This document shows positions 11,203 through 20,253 of a DNA stretch of 56,220 bases, in pieces. The stretch spans positions 1 to 56,220 of the forward strand of contig JABSRF010000003.1 in assembly GCA_013215275.1 (NCBI GenBank), in the 5' to 3' direction. The DNA comes from Oligoflexales bacterium (GTDB lineage Bacteria > Bdellovibrionota_B > Oligoflexia > Oligoflexales > Bog-1112). The notes below the pieces were generated by a model. That model was given only the letters and a program-made list of their open reading frames with translations, searched no databases and had not been told where the DNA came from. The first letter of the stretch is position 1. Each line of letters opens with the position of its first letter. Position numbers and translations under genes: made by a program.

Positions 11203-11350
11203 GTAGACAACAAGCTGGAGTAAAAAATTTACTTTCTCTCTTAAGATCTGCCTGCTTTCTTGTAAATACCCTATTTGATGGAAGCTTGAAGCAATAAATC
11301 GAAGAACCGAAGTTTGACAGGACGTTTTCATTCACACGGTGCTAAACAAG

Positions 11351-13363
11351 TCATGACTCACAACTATTCCCTATGTAACAGATGTTATCATCAAACCCTC
11401 TAAACTCATTCTGCTGTCTAAGCCAGACAACAAAATTTCTTAGTGAGTAGATTTGCGTAAAGCTCTTATCGTGCTCACTCATCCTTATGCCAGTAATAAC
11501 CGGACTGGTGCTTAGCTCACCATCATTGCCATAGAGATTGTCTTCTGGTAGCTCTGAAGAGTATAGGATGCGCACACCAACAGGCACCAAACTAGCCCAC
11601 GATTTCTTATCAAGCCTGAACCCTTGCTTCATCTTTGACGCATTAATCGTCTCTATATTTTTGTGATTAACAACCAAAGAGGAGCCTGATTTAAGGATAT
11701 TTTTGCCCTCTATGATCGTAAATCCATTAATGATGGAATGCCCGTTTTTCCAAACATGCCCTCCTAGGCTCCTAGCTGCACCCGACTGTGTGCTTTTAGA
11801 GATCGTTAAAACCTCTTGTAGCACCCACTCTCCTTCCAAGGGCTCGAGAGGCAAGTATGAACCGAAATTCCCATAATCGCAGTAAGCCAGGTTTGTATTT
11901 ACCAAGTTTAGGGTGCGATCAAAAGGATTGAACCTCAACACACAAGATGGATCCCCTCCATGATTTCTGAAATAATCATGACCTGCAGTGGCTGTGATAC
12001 TCGTAAAATCAAGGCCAATCAGACTATTATCGGTCACCGGCCGCTCAATCGCAATTCCAGCAACCTTCCCTTGAGCGTTTAAGATTGGGCCTCCGGACAT
12101 CCCATCTTCGGCAAATAGGGCATCATTTTTTTCAATTTGCCTCAGCTTAATTTTTGCTATAGGTCCAAAATTGGACGTATCTTCGGTGGGATACTCTGCG
12201 AGAAATCCATCTTTTGAAATAAGGTTTGCGCCACCCTCGCTGCTAAAACCTAGTATTCTTACAGCATCACCCCCATCTAAACTTGAGCTAAATTCTAGAC
12301 CTTCGATATCATGACAATATGACACTCCTTGCTCTTTCATGGTCGCTGGTAGACCGATTGAGTTCAGATAAAGCACAGCAACATCAGACTCTTCGTTTTT
12401 TGCAAGCAGGGTTGCTGCTCCTCGATAAATCGTAGATCCATTGAACTGAATATTAAAAACATTGCTATGTGTAAAAAGGGAGTTGTCCCTCTGAAACCCT
12501 CCAAAAGAATCTGCGTCATTGTTTGACAAGAAACCTGAAGGGAATAGATGAGCTGCCGTCACAATGAAAATACCATCACAGGGAAGGTTAGCTAGTTCAT
12601 ATTGACTCGGAAAAATAGCAGCCAAAGGTCCTAATTCCTTGACTAGGAAACCAGAACCCAAAGTGTATCCGCCACTTTTGGTGATGCGCACGACTTTTCG
12701 GTCTAGTGTCGAGCCTAGATCTTCTTGCTGCGTCGATCTGACGATTTTTTGTTTGAAATCAAACTCTTCAGAAACTGGCTTCTGTAGCTGCTCAGGCCTT
12801 TGATTTCTGCTATCTGGCAGAATTATCCAAAAAACAGCATTGGGATGAATCACCTCTCCTTGCCCTGCTTTATAGGCCATTGCAATCCCTAAGGCACCTG
12901 AGGGAATACTACGCTCCACATCTAAGTAAGCGACACAACGATACCCCAGCAAGCGCCCCTCTTCATTAAAACTAGGGTTATGATCGCAAACAGGCTTACT
13001 AATCGATAGAAACTCATTACGCCACTCCTCAGTGTAAGCTTGAAGCATACCTCGATACCAAGGACCACGCACATAGACTTTAATGACATTAGAATCTACT
13101 TTTTTGTTGTAATACTGCTCTATTTTATAAAGCCTATTACGATCCTCTCTTTCAAGAACTGCTGGGATTCCTGGTGGATAAATATGCTTTGACAAAGGCC
13201 TCCACATGACTGAACTTTTTAATTGGATTGAGTTCTCATAGGTAAATTCTGATCCAAAAGCTTTAGAACCGCTAAAGCCAAGAAGTAATATTAAGAAAAG
13301 TCTCCAAACTTTTTGTGAGGTCAAGCCCTCATCGTGGTCACCAAAACCAAGATAATGATTCAC
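11351..13363 (-). CDS. secreted trypsin-like (S1 family) serine peptidase with large uncharacterised N- and C-terminal regions
   Basis: 670 aa with a signal peptide (WRLFLILLLGFSGSKAFG). Triad-like motifs are VTAAHLF (His, about 12548), SDVAVLYL (Asp) and DGMSGGPILN (Ser, about 12085-12108). The flanking roughly 230-aa regions are unrecognised. Confidence 0.75.
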   Translation of the reverse strand: MNHYLGFGDHDEGLTSQKVWRLFLILLLGFSGSKAFGSEFTYENSIQLKSSVMWRPLSKHIYPPGIPAVLEREDRNRLYKIEQYYNKKVDSNVIKVYVRGPWYRGMLQAYTEEWRNEFLSISKPVCDHNPSFNEEGRLLGYRCVAYLDVERSIPSGALGIAMAYKAGQGEVIHPNAVFWIILPDSRNQRPEQLQKPVSEEFDFKQKIVRSTQQEDLGSTLDRKVVRITKSGGYTLGSGFLVKELGPLAAIFPSQYELANLPCDGIFIVTAAHLFPSGFLSNNDADSFGGFQRDNSLFTHSNVFNIQFNGSTIYRGAATLLAKNEESDVAVLYLNSIGLPATMKEQGVSYCHDIEGLEFSSSLDGGDAVRILGFSSEGGANLISKDGFLAEYPTEDTSNFGPIAKIKLRQIEKNDALFAEDGMSGGPILNAQGKVAGIAIERPVTDNSLIGLDFTSITATAGHDYFRNHGGDPSCVLRFNPFDRTLNLVNTNLAYCDYGNFGSYLPLEPLEGEWVLQEVLTISKSTQSGAARSLGGHVWKNGHSIINGFTIIEGKNILKSGSSLVVNHKNIETINASKMKQGFRLDKKSWASLVPVGVRILYSSELPEDNLYGNDGELSTSPVITGIRMSEHDKSFTQIYSLRNFVVWLRQQNEFRGFDDNICYIGNSCES

Positions 13364-13662
13364 AATGTATCCTTTCTTTATGGAGGCATCAGTTTATAAG
13401 AGTTTTGGCAGCATAATACTCTTATTTCTAATTTTAAAATTGAAAGCTTTTGCTGATATTATATGCATGTACGAGTTGTGATCTACATTAAAAATGAAGC
13501 ATGCAAGCCGAAACCACCATACAAATCCGATAAAAAAGAGCAAAATTTGGATTATTTCTATTTATTTAAATTAAAAACACCCAGGCTTAACCATTAGAAC
13601 CTTATTTGTATTGAGCAAAGCTTTCGATATTTGCTAAATATAAAATAAAGGCAGGATTGAAC

Positions 13663-15843
13663 ATGAAGAAATGGGACAGCATCATCAAAGAGGCGAGAAA
13701 CTGCCACACCAAAGAGTCATGGGAAAAACTCTTTACAAAATATGGTCGCACGATTACTGCAAGCAACACATCAAAACCCATAGAGGAACTCTTTAAGCTT
13801 TTAAGATCGGATCCGCAATCGTTACAGTATAATCCATTTATTTTCGCCACATTAATCAAAGCATGCTTATCATGCTGGAACCTTGAGTTAGGCAAAACCA
13901 TTTGCTTATTCGCAAGAAGCATCAATGTCCCTGATTTCACGATACCAGCCGCTCAGCTTTTCTTGGAATGCGGGGAGCCTCACCTTAGTCGGGAAATTTC
14001 GCAGAAATCACTGCGCTTATCAAATCTGGATCAAAAACAACGCCTACAGTTGCAAGTCTTAGTCTGTGGAAGCTACGCAGAAGAGGGCCTTGTCAATAAA
14101 GCAAGTAGAATGATGAGCAAGCTTTATACCTCCATAGAGGCGTCAAGCTTGAAATTGAAAGATGAGGGGGACTTAAAGGTTCAGCTCGCTAGGATGCACT
14201 TTTTTCTTGGACAGTACCAAAAGGCAAGCGAGCTGTTTCGGGAGTCCTCATTCAAGTTCCTTAAGCTAGAAGATTGGGAATCTGCAGCTAGAGCTCTATT
14301 CAATACTGCTGCCTGCGCTCAAAATGCCGGAAAGCGCCCTGTAGAGCAAGCTTACTCCTTTGTTGAAGAGAGCCGTCTCCTTGCGGAAAAGCACGATCTT
14401 AAGGGGCCACTATCACATTGCGAAGCGTTTTATGGCTTGGACGCTTACAATCACGGAAACTTTTCAGAGGCTAGGGATCACTTTCGTAAGGCATTATCCT
14501 GCTTACCTGCCACAGATAAAAGCTATCGTAGGCTCCACATCATCTCGATGCTTACGCTTAGCTATTTAGCCTTAGGTCGTTATAGGCTTGCAGAAAAATT
14601 TGGTAAGCAAACTCTAGATTTGGCGGCACTTGATCATTCAAACCGCTACCATAGCCGCTATAAAAGCCTCGAGGCCGAGTTAGTATGGGAATCAGGAAGG
14701 CCCATGGAGAGCCAAGCACTCTTGCATAAGGTTGTCCAATCTTACAAAAATCAAGGGATTCATACCCTGGAGGATCTTTCTTCTTACAGCCGCTATTTGC
14801 TTCAGTCTGCTTACTTGGGAGAGAATTCAACACATCCAAAAGTAACCATCTGTTCCAATTTGAACAAGCATATGTTCACCTATCTGGACTACCTATTTGC
14901 ACAAGGTCAAAGCAGCCTTAGTTTAGGCCAGTATCAACAAGCTGAGGAAAGGTTTTCCGAAGTTCTGCAGTATGCAAAAAAAACCGAGGACCGGTTCCAC
15001 AAGTCTATTGGCCTGCTTGGTCTTATCCAGTGCCAACTAGCACAGGAATCTATTGAATCCAGCTTTTTACATTATCTCAACGAATTTAAGCTAACGATTC
15101 GGAAAATGGCAGACACTCCCTTAAGGGCCAAGCATGAGATCATCATGGCTGCCTATGCGTATCGATCAGGTGATTTTAAGGAGTGCTACTGGATCTTAAA
15201 ATCTACTTCAAAATATTCAAAAATAGGTTTCGCCGATAATTTTGCTATAAAATGCTGGATAGCAACGATTGAAGGAAAATCATACCGCCTTATCCATCAA
15301 TGGCAGTCAGAAATGATCGCTCGCTACACTCGGATCTACTTTGCCCCAAGCTTAAGGGTTGTCGATAAAAATAAATACTGCATCAGCAACTATTATGAGG
15401 TTGACCTAAACCGCTTCCCTGCCTTAGCTGATCTATTTGATTTTCTTCTTAAGCAGCTGAATTTTTCAAGCGATCTTAAAAATGTTCAGGAATACGTATG
15501 GAAACAAAGCACCCATACGCAAGGATGGCAACAAAAAATTAGAAACTCAATCATGAGGCTTCGTACCCTTTTTCCCTACACGATTGCCCCACTCATACTT
15601 CATAGATCAAACATTCATCTATTTAATGAGGCGATTAAGCTATATCCGGTCAAAAAAGGGGGAACAGAAAGAGAGAATGAAATATACCACCTGCTATCAG
15701 GGAGTCAGCTTACCACGTCACAAATCAGCGAAAGGTTTGCTATTTCAAAAGCCACCACTAAACGTGTGCTACAAAACCTCATTGCGCAGAATAAAATCAG
15801 GACTCTGAGGGATGGTCGGCATATATTTTATATATCCAATTAG
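13663..15843 (+). CDS. large TPR-like repeat protein with C-terminal winged-helix DNA-binding regions (putative transcriptional regulator)
   Basis: 726 aa from the ATG at 13663 (AGGA SD); a TTG at 13657 is also possible. About 580 aa are helical repeats. They are followed by an OmpR/PhoB-like segment (VQEYVWKQ...IRNSIMRLRTLF) and a terminal HTH (LTTSQISERFAISKATTKRVLQNLIAQNKI). Confidence 0.7.
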   Translation: MKKWDSIIKEARNCHTKESWEKLFTKYGRTITASNTSKPIEELFKLLRSDPQSLQYNPFIFATLIKACLSCWNLELGKTICLFARSINVPDFTIPAAQLFLECGEPHLSREISQKSLRLSNLDQKQRLQLQVLVCGSYAEEGLVNKASRMMSKLYTSIEASSLKLKDEGDLKVQLARMHFFLGQYQKASELFRESSFKFLKLEDWESAARALFNTAACAQNAGKRPVEQAYSFVEESRLLAEKHDLKGPLSHCEAFYGLDAYNHGNFSEARDHFRKALSCLPATDKSYRRLHIISMLTLSYLALGRYRLAEKFGKQTLDLAALDHSNRYHSRYKSLEAELVWESGRPMESQALLHKVVQSYKNQGIHTLEDLSSYSRYLLQSAYLGENSTHPKVTICSNLNKHMFTYLDYLFAQGQSSLSLGQYQQAEERFSEVLQYAKKTEDRFHKSIGLLGLIQCQLAQESIESSFLHYLNEFKLTIRKMADTPLRAKHEIIMAAYAYRSGDFKECYWILKSTSKYSKIGFADNFAIKCWIATIEGKSYRLIHQWQSEMIARYTRIYFAPSLRVVDKNKYCISNYYEVDLNRFPALADLFDFLLKQLNFSSDLKNVQEYVWKQSTHTQGWQQKIRNSIMRLRTLFPYTIAPLILHRSNIHLFNEAIKLYPVKKGGTERENEIYHLLSGSQLTTSQISERFAISKATTKRVLQNLIAQNKIRTLRDGRHIFYISN

Positions 15844-15885
15844 TGAGCATCAGGAAATGAAAGAGCAATGATTTCGATAATACAA

Positions 15886-16305
15886 TTAGACAGCTTCTTG
15901 CGCTACAACGATGCTTTTAGCAAGGATATAGGGAAGGCCTTTTTTTCCATAATCAACCACACCTAATATCTTTACCTCTTCTCCCTTTAGATTTTCTTCG
16001 CCAATCTTATCGTAAAAATCGAGATCTGTTAGTACCACCAGCATCCTAGCTGTGTTATCCGATAAAACCATGTAGGTTTGGTAGGAGCCGATCTCCATAA
16101 TCGTTCCCTTGAGCATCACTTCTTGCCCAAATAAGAGGCCTTTATCTAAATGAATCTCTTTCATGGTTACTTGGCTTGGAGCACTAAAAAGAGTTCCACC
16201 AACCATTTCAAATGACTGATAATCGATGTATTTTTTGAGCTGATTGCTTTGTTTACAAGCGCCCAAAACACTCATGACAAGTATAATAATGATTGATTTA
16301 ATCAT
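15886..16305 (-). CDS. small lipoprotein, function unknown
   Basis: 139 aa with a signal peptide and lipobox (IIILVMSVLGAC). The remainder looks beta-rich. No confident family assignment. Confidence 0.6.
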   Translation of the reverse strand: MIKSIIIILVMSVLGACKQSNQLKKYIDYQSFEMVGGTLFSAPSQVTMKEIHLDKGLLFGQEVMLKGTIMEIGSYQTYMVLSDNTARMLVVLTDLDFYDKIGEENLKGEEVKILGVVDYGKKGLPYILAKSIVVAQEAV

Positions 16306-16365
16306 GCTAGTAACCCCGCCGTTTTCTTATATCATAGCACAGAAAAGACGAGTCAAAAGGTAGGC

Positions 16366-16404
16366 AAAAAAAACAGGCAACTTGGACATACTGCCAATTG
16401 CCTG
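16366..16404 (-). terminator. intrinsic terminator closing the ribosomal-protein/rpoA/rplQ transcription unit
   Basis: Minus strand reads CAGGCAATTGGCAGTATGTCCAAGTTGCCTG followed by T8. It lies 28 nt after the rplQ stop. Confidence 0.8.
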
Positions 16405-16431
16405 CCTATTTCTATTTAGAATCTACTTAGA

Positions 16432-16842
16432 CTACTCTGCAGCCTTAGCTTCCTCTACTTTTTCTTCCTTCTTGCCTTCATTGTCACGAAAGTCAACCAA
16501 CTCAAGGTTACACATATCGGCACCATCGCCAAAACGCTCACCATATTTGACTATACGGGTATAGCCACCTGGACGGGTTTCAAATCTCTTTGCTAATACT
16601 TTGCAGACTCTGCCAGCAGCTTCTTTACCAAAAAGGTATGCTTCAAGCTGTCTACGTGAGTGCAGCTCTTGTCTCTTGCCCAAAGTGATTAATTTCTCGA
16701 CAATTGGCTTTAATTCCTTAGCTTTAGGAACGGTGGTATGAATCTTTCCGTGGGTTAGAAATGATGTCGCCATGTTCCTAAGCATAGCCCTTCTATGAGA
16801 GCTTTCTCTTCCTAGTTTTCTGTAGCTTTTTAAGTGACGCAT
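16432..16842 (-). CDS. rplQ: 50S ribosomal protein L17
   Basis: 136 aa (MRHLKSYRKLGRESSHRRAMLRNM...) with an acidic C-terminal tail. It follows rpoA. Confidence 0.97.
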   Translation of the reverse strand: MRHLKSYRKLGRESSHRRAMLRNMATSFLTHGKIHTTVPKAKELKPIVEKLITLGKRQELHSRRQLEAYLFGKEAAGRVCKVLAKRFETRPGGYTRIVKYGERFGDGADMCNLELVDFRDNEGKKEEKVEEAKAAE

Positions 16843-16863
16843 ATGGATTGCCTCTTCATGCTT

Positions 16864-17880
16864 CTATTGTTCGTTTTCTACGGACTCATCCTCGTTCTGC
16901 CTTAGCATACTTGGGTCGAAGCCTTCAATCTTCATCCCAAGAGATAAGCCCATTTCAACGAGAATATCCTTAATTTCGTTCAAAGATTTTCTACCGAAGT
17001 TCTTTGTCTTCAACATGTCTGCTTCGGTTTTAGTTACTAATTCACCAATATACTTAATATTTGCGTTTTCGAGGCAGTTAGCTGCCCTGACGCTAAGCTC
17101 AAGCGCATCAACCGTTTTGAACAAATGCTCGTTCAACTTAGGCTTGTCTTCCTTGAGGCTCTCTTGCTCTTCTTCCTCTTCCGTTTCATCAAAATTGATG
17201 AATGTCGTGAGCTGCTCTTTCAATATCTTGGCAGCATAAGCTACTGCATCGTCGGGTCTAACTGCACCGTTTGTCCAAACTTCTAAAGTTAGTTTGTCAT
17301 AATCGGTATCCTGCCCAACCCTTGCGTTTGATACGTTATAAGCGACGCGTCTGATGGGTGCGAAAATTGAATCAATCGCTATAAACCCTAGCGGAAGATC
17401 ATCGCTTCTATTTCTGTCGGCAGATACATAGCCTCGACCGTGGCGGACAATCAGCTCCATGCTGATCTTTGCTTCTTCGTTAAGAGTACAGATCACCTGA
17501 TCTGTGTTAAGCACTTCAACATCGCCATTCGTTTCGATGTCGGCTGCCGTTACGACTTTTGGACCTTCGGCCTTTATCCTTATCGTTGCATCCGTCTCGC
17601 CGAGATACCTTAGGTTGACCTGCTTGATATTAAGGATGATGTCGGTAACATCTTCTTTCACGCCCACGATTGTGGAGAACTCATGCTCAACAGAGTTGAA
17701 CCTTACAGCAACTACCGCAGACCCGTTGATACTTGAGAGAAGTACCCGACGCAAGGAGTTACCTAGAGACAAACCATATCCTCGTTCTAGGGGCTTTGCT
17801 ACGAACTTGCCGTAAGTTGGTATTAGCTTTTCAGCTTCTAAACTTTTAGGCTTAATCAATTCTTTCCAATTTCGATGCAT
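16864..17880 (-). CDS. rpoA: DNA-directed RNA polymerase subunit alpha
   Basis: 338 aa. The N-terminal domain (LERGYGLSLGNSLRRVLLSS) and the C-terminal domain (LELSVRAANCLENANIKYIGELV) are both present. Confidence 0.97.
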   Translation of the reverse strand: MHRNWKELIKPKSLEAEKLIPTYGKFVAKPLERGYGLSLGNSLRRVLLSSINGSAVVAVRFNSVEHEFSTIVGVKEDVTDIILNIKQVNLRYLGETDATIRIKAEGPKVVTAADIETNGDVEVLNTDQVICTLNEEAKISMELIVRHGRGYVSADRNRSDDLPLGFIAIDSIFAPIRRVAYNVSNARVGQDTDYDKLTLEVWTNGAVRPDDAVAYAAKILKEQLTTFINFDETEEEEEQESLKEDKPKLNEHLFKTVDALELSVRAANCLENANIKYIGELVTKTEADMLKTKNFGRKSLNEIKDILVEMGLSLGMKIEGFDPSMLRQNEDESVENEQ

Positions 17881-18077
17881 CGAAGCTTCTCCGTATCACT
17901 TTGGCTACCTGGCATTTTAAGGGCAAATATCAAATAAGGTCTCTTGTGGCAGAAGTACAACCAAACACTTGATCCTACCGTAAACAACCTTCGCTAAGAC
18001 ACTGTCCTTAAGCAGATTACATTTTACGATCTTCAGATAATTATTTACCACCATTATGGTAACTTCAACCTTTTGTG

Positions 18078-18105
18078 AAAATAATCCTGAACGTATCTTT
18101 GTCAA
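18078..18105 (-). promoter_or_regulatory. candidate internal promoter ahead of rpoA-rplQ
   Basis: Minus strand reads TTGACA-16 nt-TATTTT inside the 329-bp rpsK-rpoA spacer. It would give a leader of about 190 nt. Confidence 0.4.
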
Positions 18106-18209
18106 AAATTTTTCAGCATTCCAGGATTATGGTGTATGGCGAAGATACCAGACCTTGTTCGTATTGGATCATCTAGCGCAATTAAGCTACCCGATGTTCC
18201 GATACGAAA

Positions 18210-18596
18210 TTAGACCCTTCTCCTTTTAGGAGGTCTACACCCATTGTGAGGGATAGGAGTCACATCTTTAATCATAGCAATCTTAAGCCCAGTAGAGCCA
18301 ATAGCCCTTACAGCACTTTCACGGCCAGCACCAGGGCCCTTTACAAGAACAGAAACCGTCTTCATACCGGCATCCATTGCTTTTCTCGCACAATCTTCTG
18401 CTGCTACCTGAGCTGCGAAAGGAGTGCTCTTCCTTGAACCCTTAAAGCCTTTACCACCAGCAGTCGCCCAGCAAATAACCTCACCATTCACATCGCTAAA
18501 TGTGATGATAGTGTTGTTGAAAGTCGCTTGAATATGAGCAACCCCTATTGGGATATTTCTTTTAGCCTTCTTTTTCTTCTTAACTACTTTGGCCAT
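18210..18596 (-). CDS. rpsK: 30S ribosomal protein S11
   Basis: 128 aa from the ATG at 18596 (AAAGG SD): [39 protein letters not shown] at 18614 would add 6 aa. Confidence 0.95.
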   Translation of the reverse strand: MAKVVKKKKKAKRNIPIGVAHIQATFNNTIITFSDVNGEVICWATAGGKGFKGSRKSTPFAAQVAAEDCARKAMDAGMKTVSVLVKGPGAGRESAVRAIGSTGLKIAMIKDVTPIPHNGCRPPKRRRV

Positions 18597-18650
18597 TGTT
18601 TTACCTTTCGCCACCTATCATGAGCATTAAAGCTCACATGAGTTTAATGC

Positions 18651-19028
18651 CTATTTAGTCGCTTTTTTCTTGTTAGCTACAGTTTTACGCGGACCTTTAC
18701 GGGTACGTGCGTTGGTCTTTGTTCTTTGACCTCTAGCTGGCAAACCCATGCGATGACGTAATCCCTTGTAATTACCCAATTCAACGAGGCGTTTGATGTT
18801 TAGCGAAACTTCTCTACGAAGGTCACCTTCCACAGTGTAATCACTGTCGATGATCTTTCTTAGAGAGTTAATCGCGCCCTGATCGAGTGCACCCGCCTTA
18901 ATCATTGGATCAAGACCAGACTTTTCGACTATCTCGAGAGCTGCCTGTCTTCCAATTCCGTAGATGGAAGTTAAAGCGATATCGATTCTTTTGTGTCCAG
19001 GTAAATCTACACCTGCAATACGAGCCAT
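18651..19028 (-). CDS. rpsM: 30S ribosomal protein S13
   Basis: 125 aa from the ATG at 19028 ([26 protein letters not shown]), with an AGGGTTAGGA SD. The longer tracked ORF is an upstream read-through artefact. Confidence 0.95.
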   Translation of the reverse strand: MARIAGVDLPGHKRIDIALTSIYGIGRQAALEIVEKSGLDPMIKAGALDQGAINSLRKIIDSDYTVEGDLRREVSLNIKRLVELGNYKGLRHRMGLPARGQRTKTNARTRKGPRKTVANKKKATK

Positions 19029-19077
19029 ATTCCTAACCCTATCTGTTTGAAAAAAAGGCCGTTCTGCCTTTTGTTGT

Positions 19078-19191
19078 TTATCCCTGACGCTGTTTATGCT
19101 TAGCCACTTCGCAGATAACACGGAGCACTCCGTGACGACGAATTACCTTACACTTGTCACAAATTGGCTTTACGCTAGCACGAACTTTCAT
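19078..19191 (-). CDS. rpmJ: 50S ribosomal protein L36
   Basis: Not in the ORF track because it is under 60 aa. My translation is [37 protein letters not shown] (37 aa), in the canonical position between infA and rpsM. Confidence 0.9.
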   Translation of the reverse strand: MKVRASVKPICDKCKVIRRHGVLRVICEVAKHKQRQG

Positions 19192-19225
19192 AATTTCCTC
19201 AATTCGACTACTGAATCATTTATAA

Positions 19226-19447
19226 TTACTTTTTAGATCGGTAAACGATTCGTCCTCGACCCAAATCGTATGGAGATATTTCTAACTTAACTTTATCGCC
19301 TGGCAAAATCCGTATGAAGTGCATACGCATTTTTCCACTGATATGTGCTAATACTTCATGGCCGTTTTCCAACTCGACCTTGAACATCGCATTCGGTAAA
19401 GGTTCCTTTACCGTTCCTTCGCACTCTATGACGTCTTCTTTTGCCAT
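19226..19447 (-). CDS. infA: translation initiation factor IF-1
   Basis: 73 aa from the ATG at 19447 (GGAG SD): [53 protein letters not shown]. Confidence 0.95.
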   Translation of the reverse strand: MAKEDVIECEGTVKEPLPNAMFKVELENGHEVLAHISGKMRMHFIRILPGDKVKLEISPYDLGRGRIVYRSKK

Positions 19448-19602
19448 TGTCTCTCCGCACCTACATTTTTTACTTACAATAGGATTTGATGATAACGTTT
19501 CCCGACATAGAGGGGATCGCCGCACAATATAACAGATCAAAGCAAGATGCAAGCTGCATCTTTTAAGCCTGATATTAGCTTTAGTTACGCTATCTTACCA
19601 CT

Positions 19603-20253
19603 TTACCGCGAGCCTTTTAGGTCTTCCACGATGCCTTTGATTTCGTTAAAGACATCTTTAGGGCCTTTTGTGCCATCGATCTTGTAGTAGAGTTTCCTAT
19701 CCTGGTAGTAATTCAAAACGGGTGCTGTTTGGTTTTCATAAACTTCTAGCCGGACCCGAATTTTATCCTCTTGATCATCAGTTCTCGTGATGACCTTTCC
19801 GCCACATTTATCACAAACTCCCTCAACACTCGGTGCCTTGTGCTGCATATGGTACGTTTCACCACAATTGCTGCAAACACACCTGCCACCTAAACGGCCA
19901 AGAAGTTCGCTTTCGTCTACATGGATATGGATAGCTCCATTGACTGGATAAACGCTCTCTAACTCTTCTAAGGTATTTGCCTGAGACAAGTTTCTCGGGT
20001 ATCCGTCAAGAAGCACAACTTCTTCGGAGTGGGAAGCTAGCTCTTCCTTTAATATACCTAGCAGAACATCGTCGGGAACCAACTTACCTTCACTGATAAA
20101 CGCCTCGGCTTCCTTACCAACCTTGGTTCCAAGGGATATTTGTCGCCTAAGCGCGTCCCCTGTTGAGATCTTGTAACAACCAAGACTTTCAACAAGTAAA
20201 TCAGCTTGAGTTCCTTTTCCAGCGCCTGGAGCACCAATCAAGACAAAAATCAT
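19603..20253 (-). CDS. adk: adenylate kinase, zinc-lid type
   Basis: 216 aa with P-loop GAPGAGKGTQ and a four-Cys lid (CSNCGETYH...CDKCGG). It overlaps the secY stop by 4 nt. Confidence 0.95.
   Translation of the reverse strand: MIFVLIGAPGAGKGTQADLLVESLGCYKISTGDALRRQISLGTKVGKEAEAFISEGKLVPDDVLLGILKEELASHSEEVVLLDGYPRNLSQANTLEELESVYPVNGAIHIHVDESELLGRLGGRCVCSNCGETYHMQHKAPSVEGVCDKCGGKVITRTDDQEDKIRVRLEVYENQTAPVLNYYQDRKLYYKIDGTKGPKDVFNEIKGIVEDLKGSR

Noticed and set aside
13602-13940. A 112-aa minus-strand ORF spanning the start of the TPR regulator gene.
   Set aside because: It overlaps the 5' end of a much longer, better-supported plus-strand gene and the divergent promoter region. No SD or motif is present.
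17917-18105. A 62-aa ORF in the rpsK-rpoA gap, considered as a degraded rpsD (S4) relic. TIMVVNNYLKIVKCNLLKDSVLAK faintly resembles the S4-domain pattern I.VNG....S..V...D.V.
   Set aside because: The similarity is weak and short. The other frames of the spacer show no S4 N-terminal motifs. The gap is half the size of rpsD. The ORF's TTG start is the -35 hexamer of a good promoter. I treat it as non-coding, though an alignment against S4 profiles could revive the idea.
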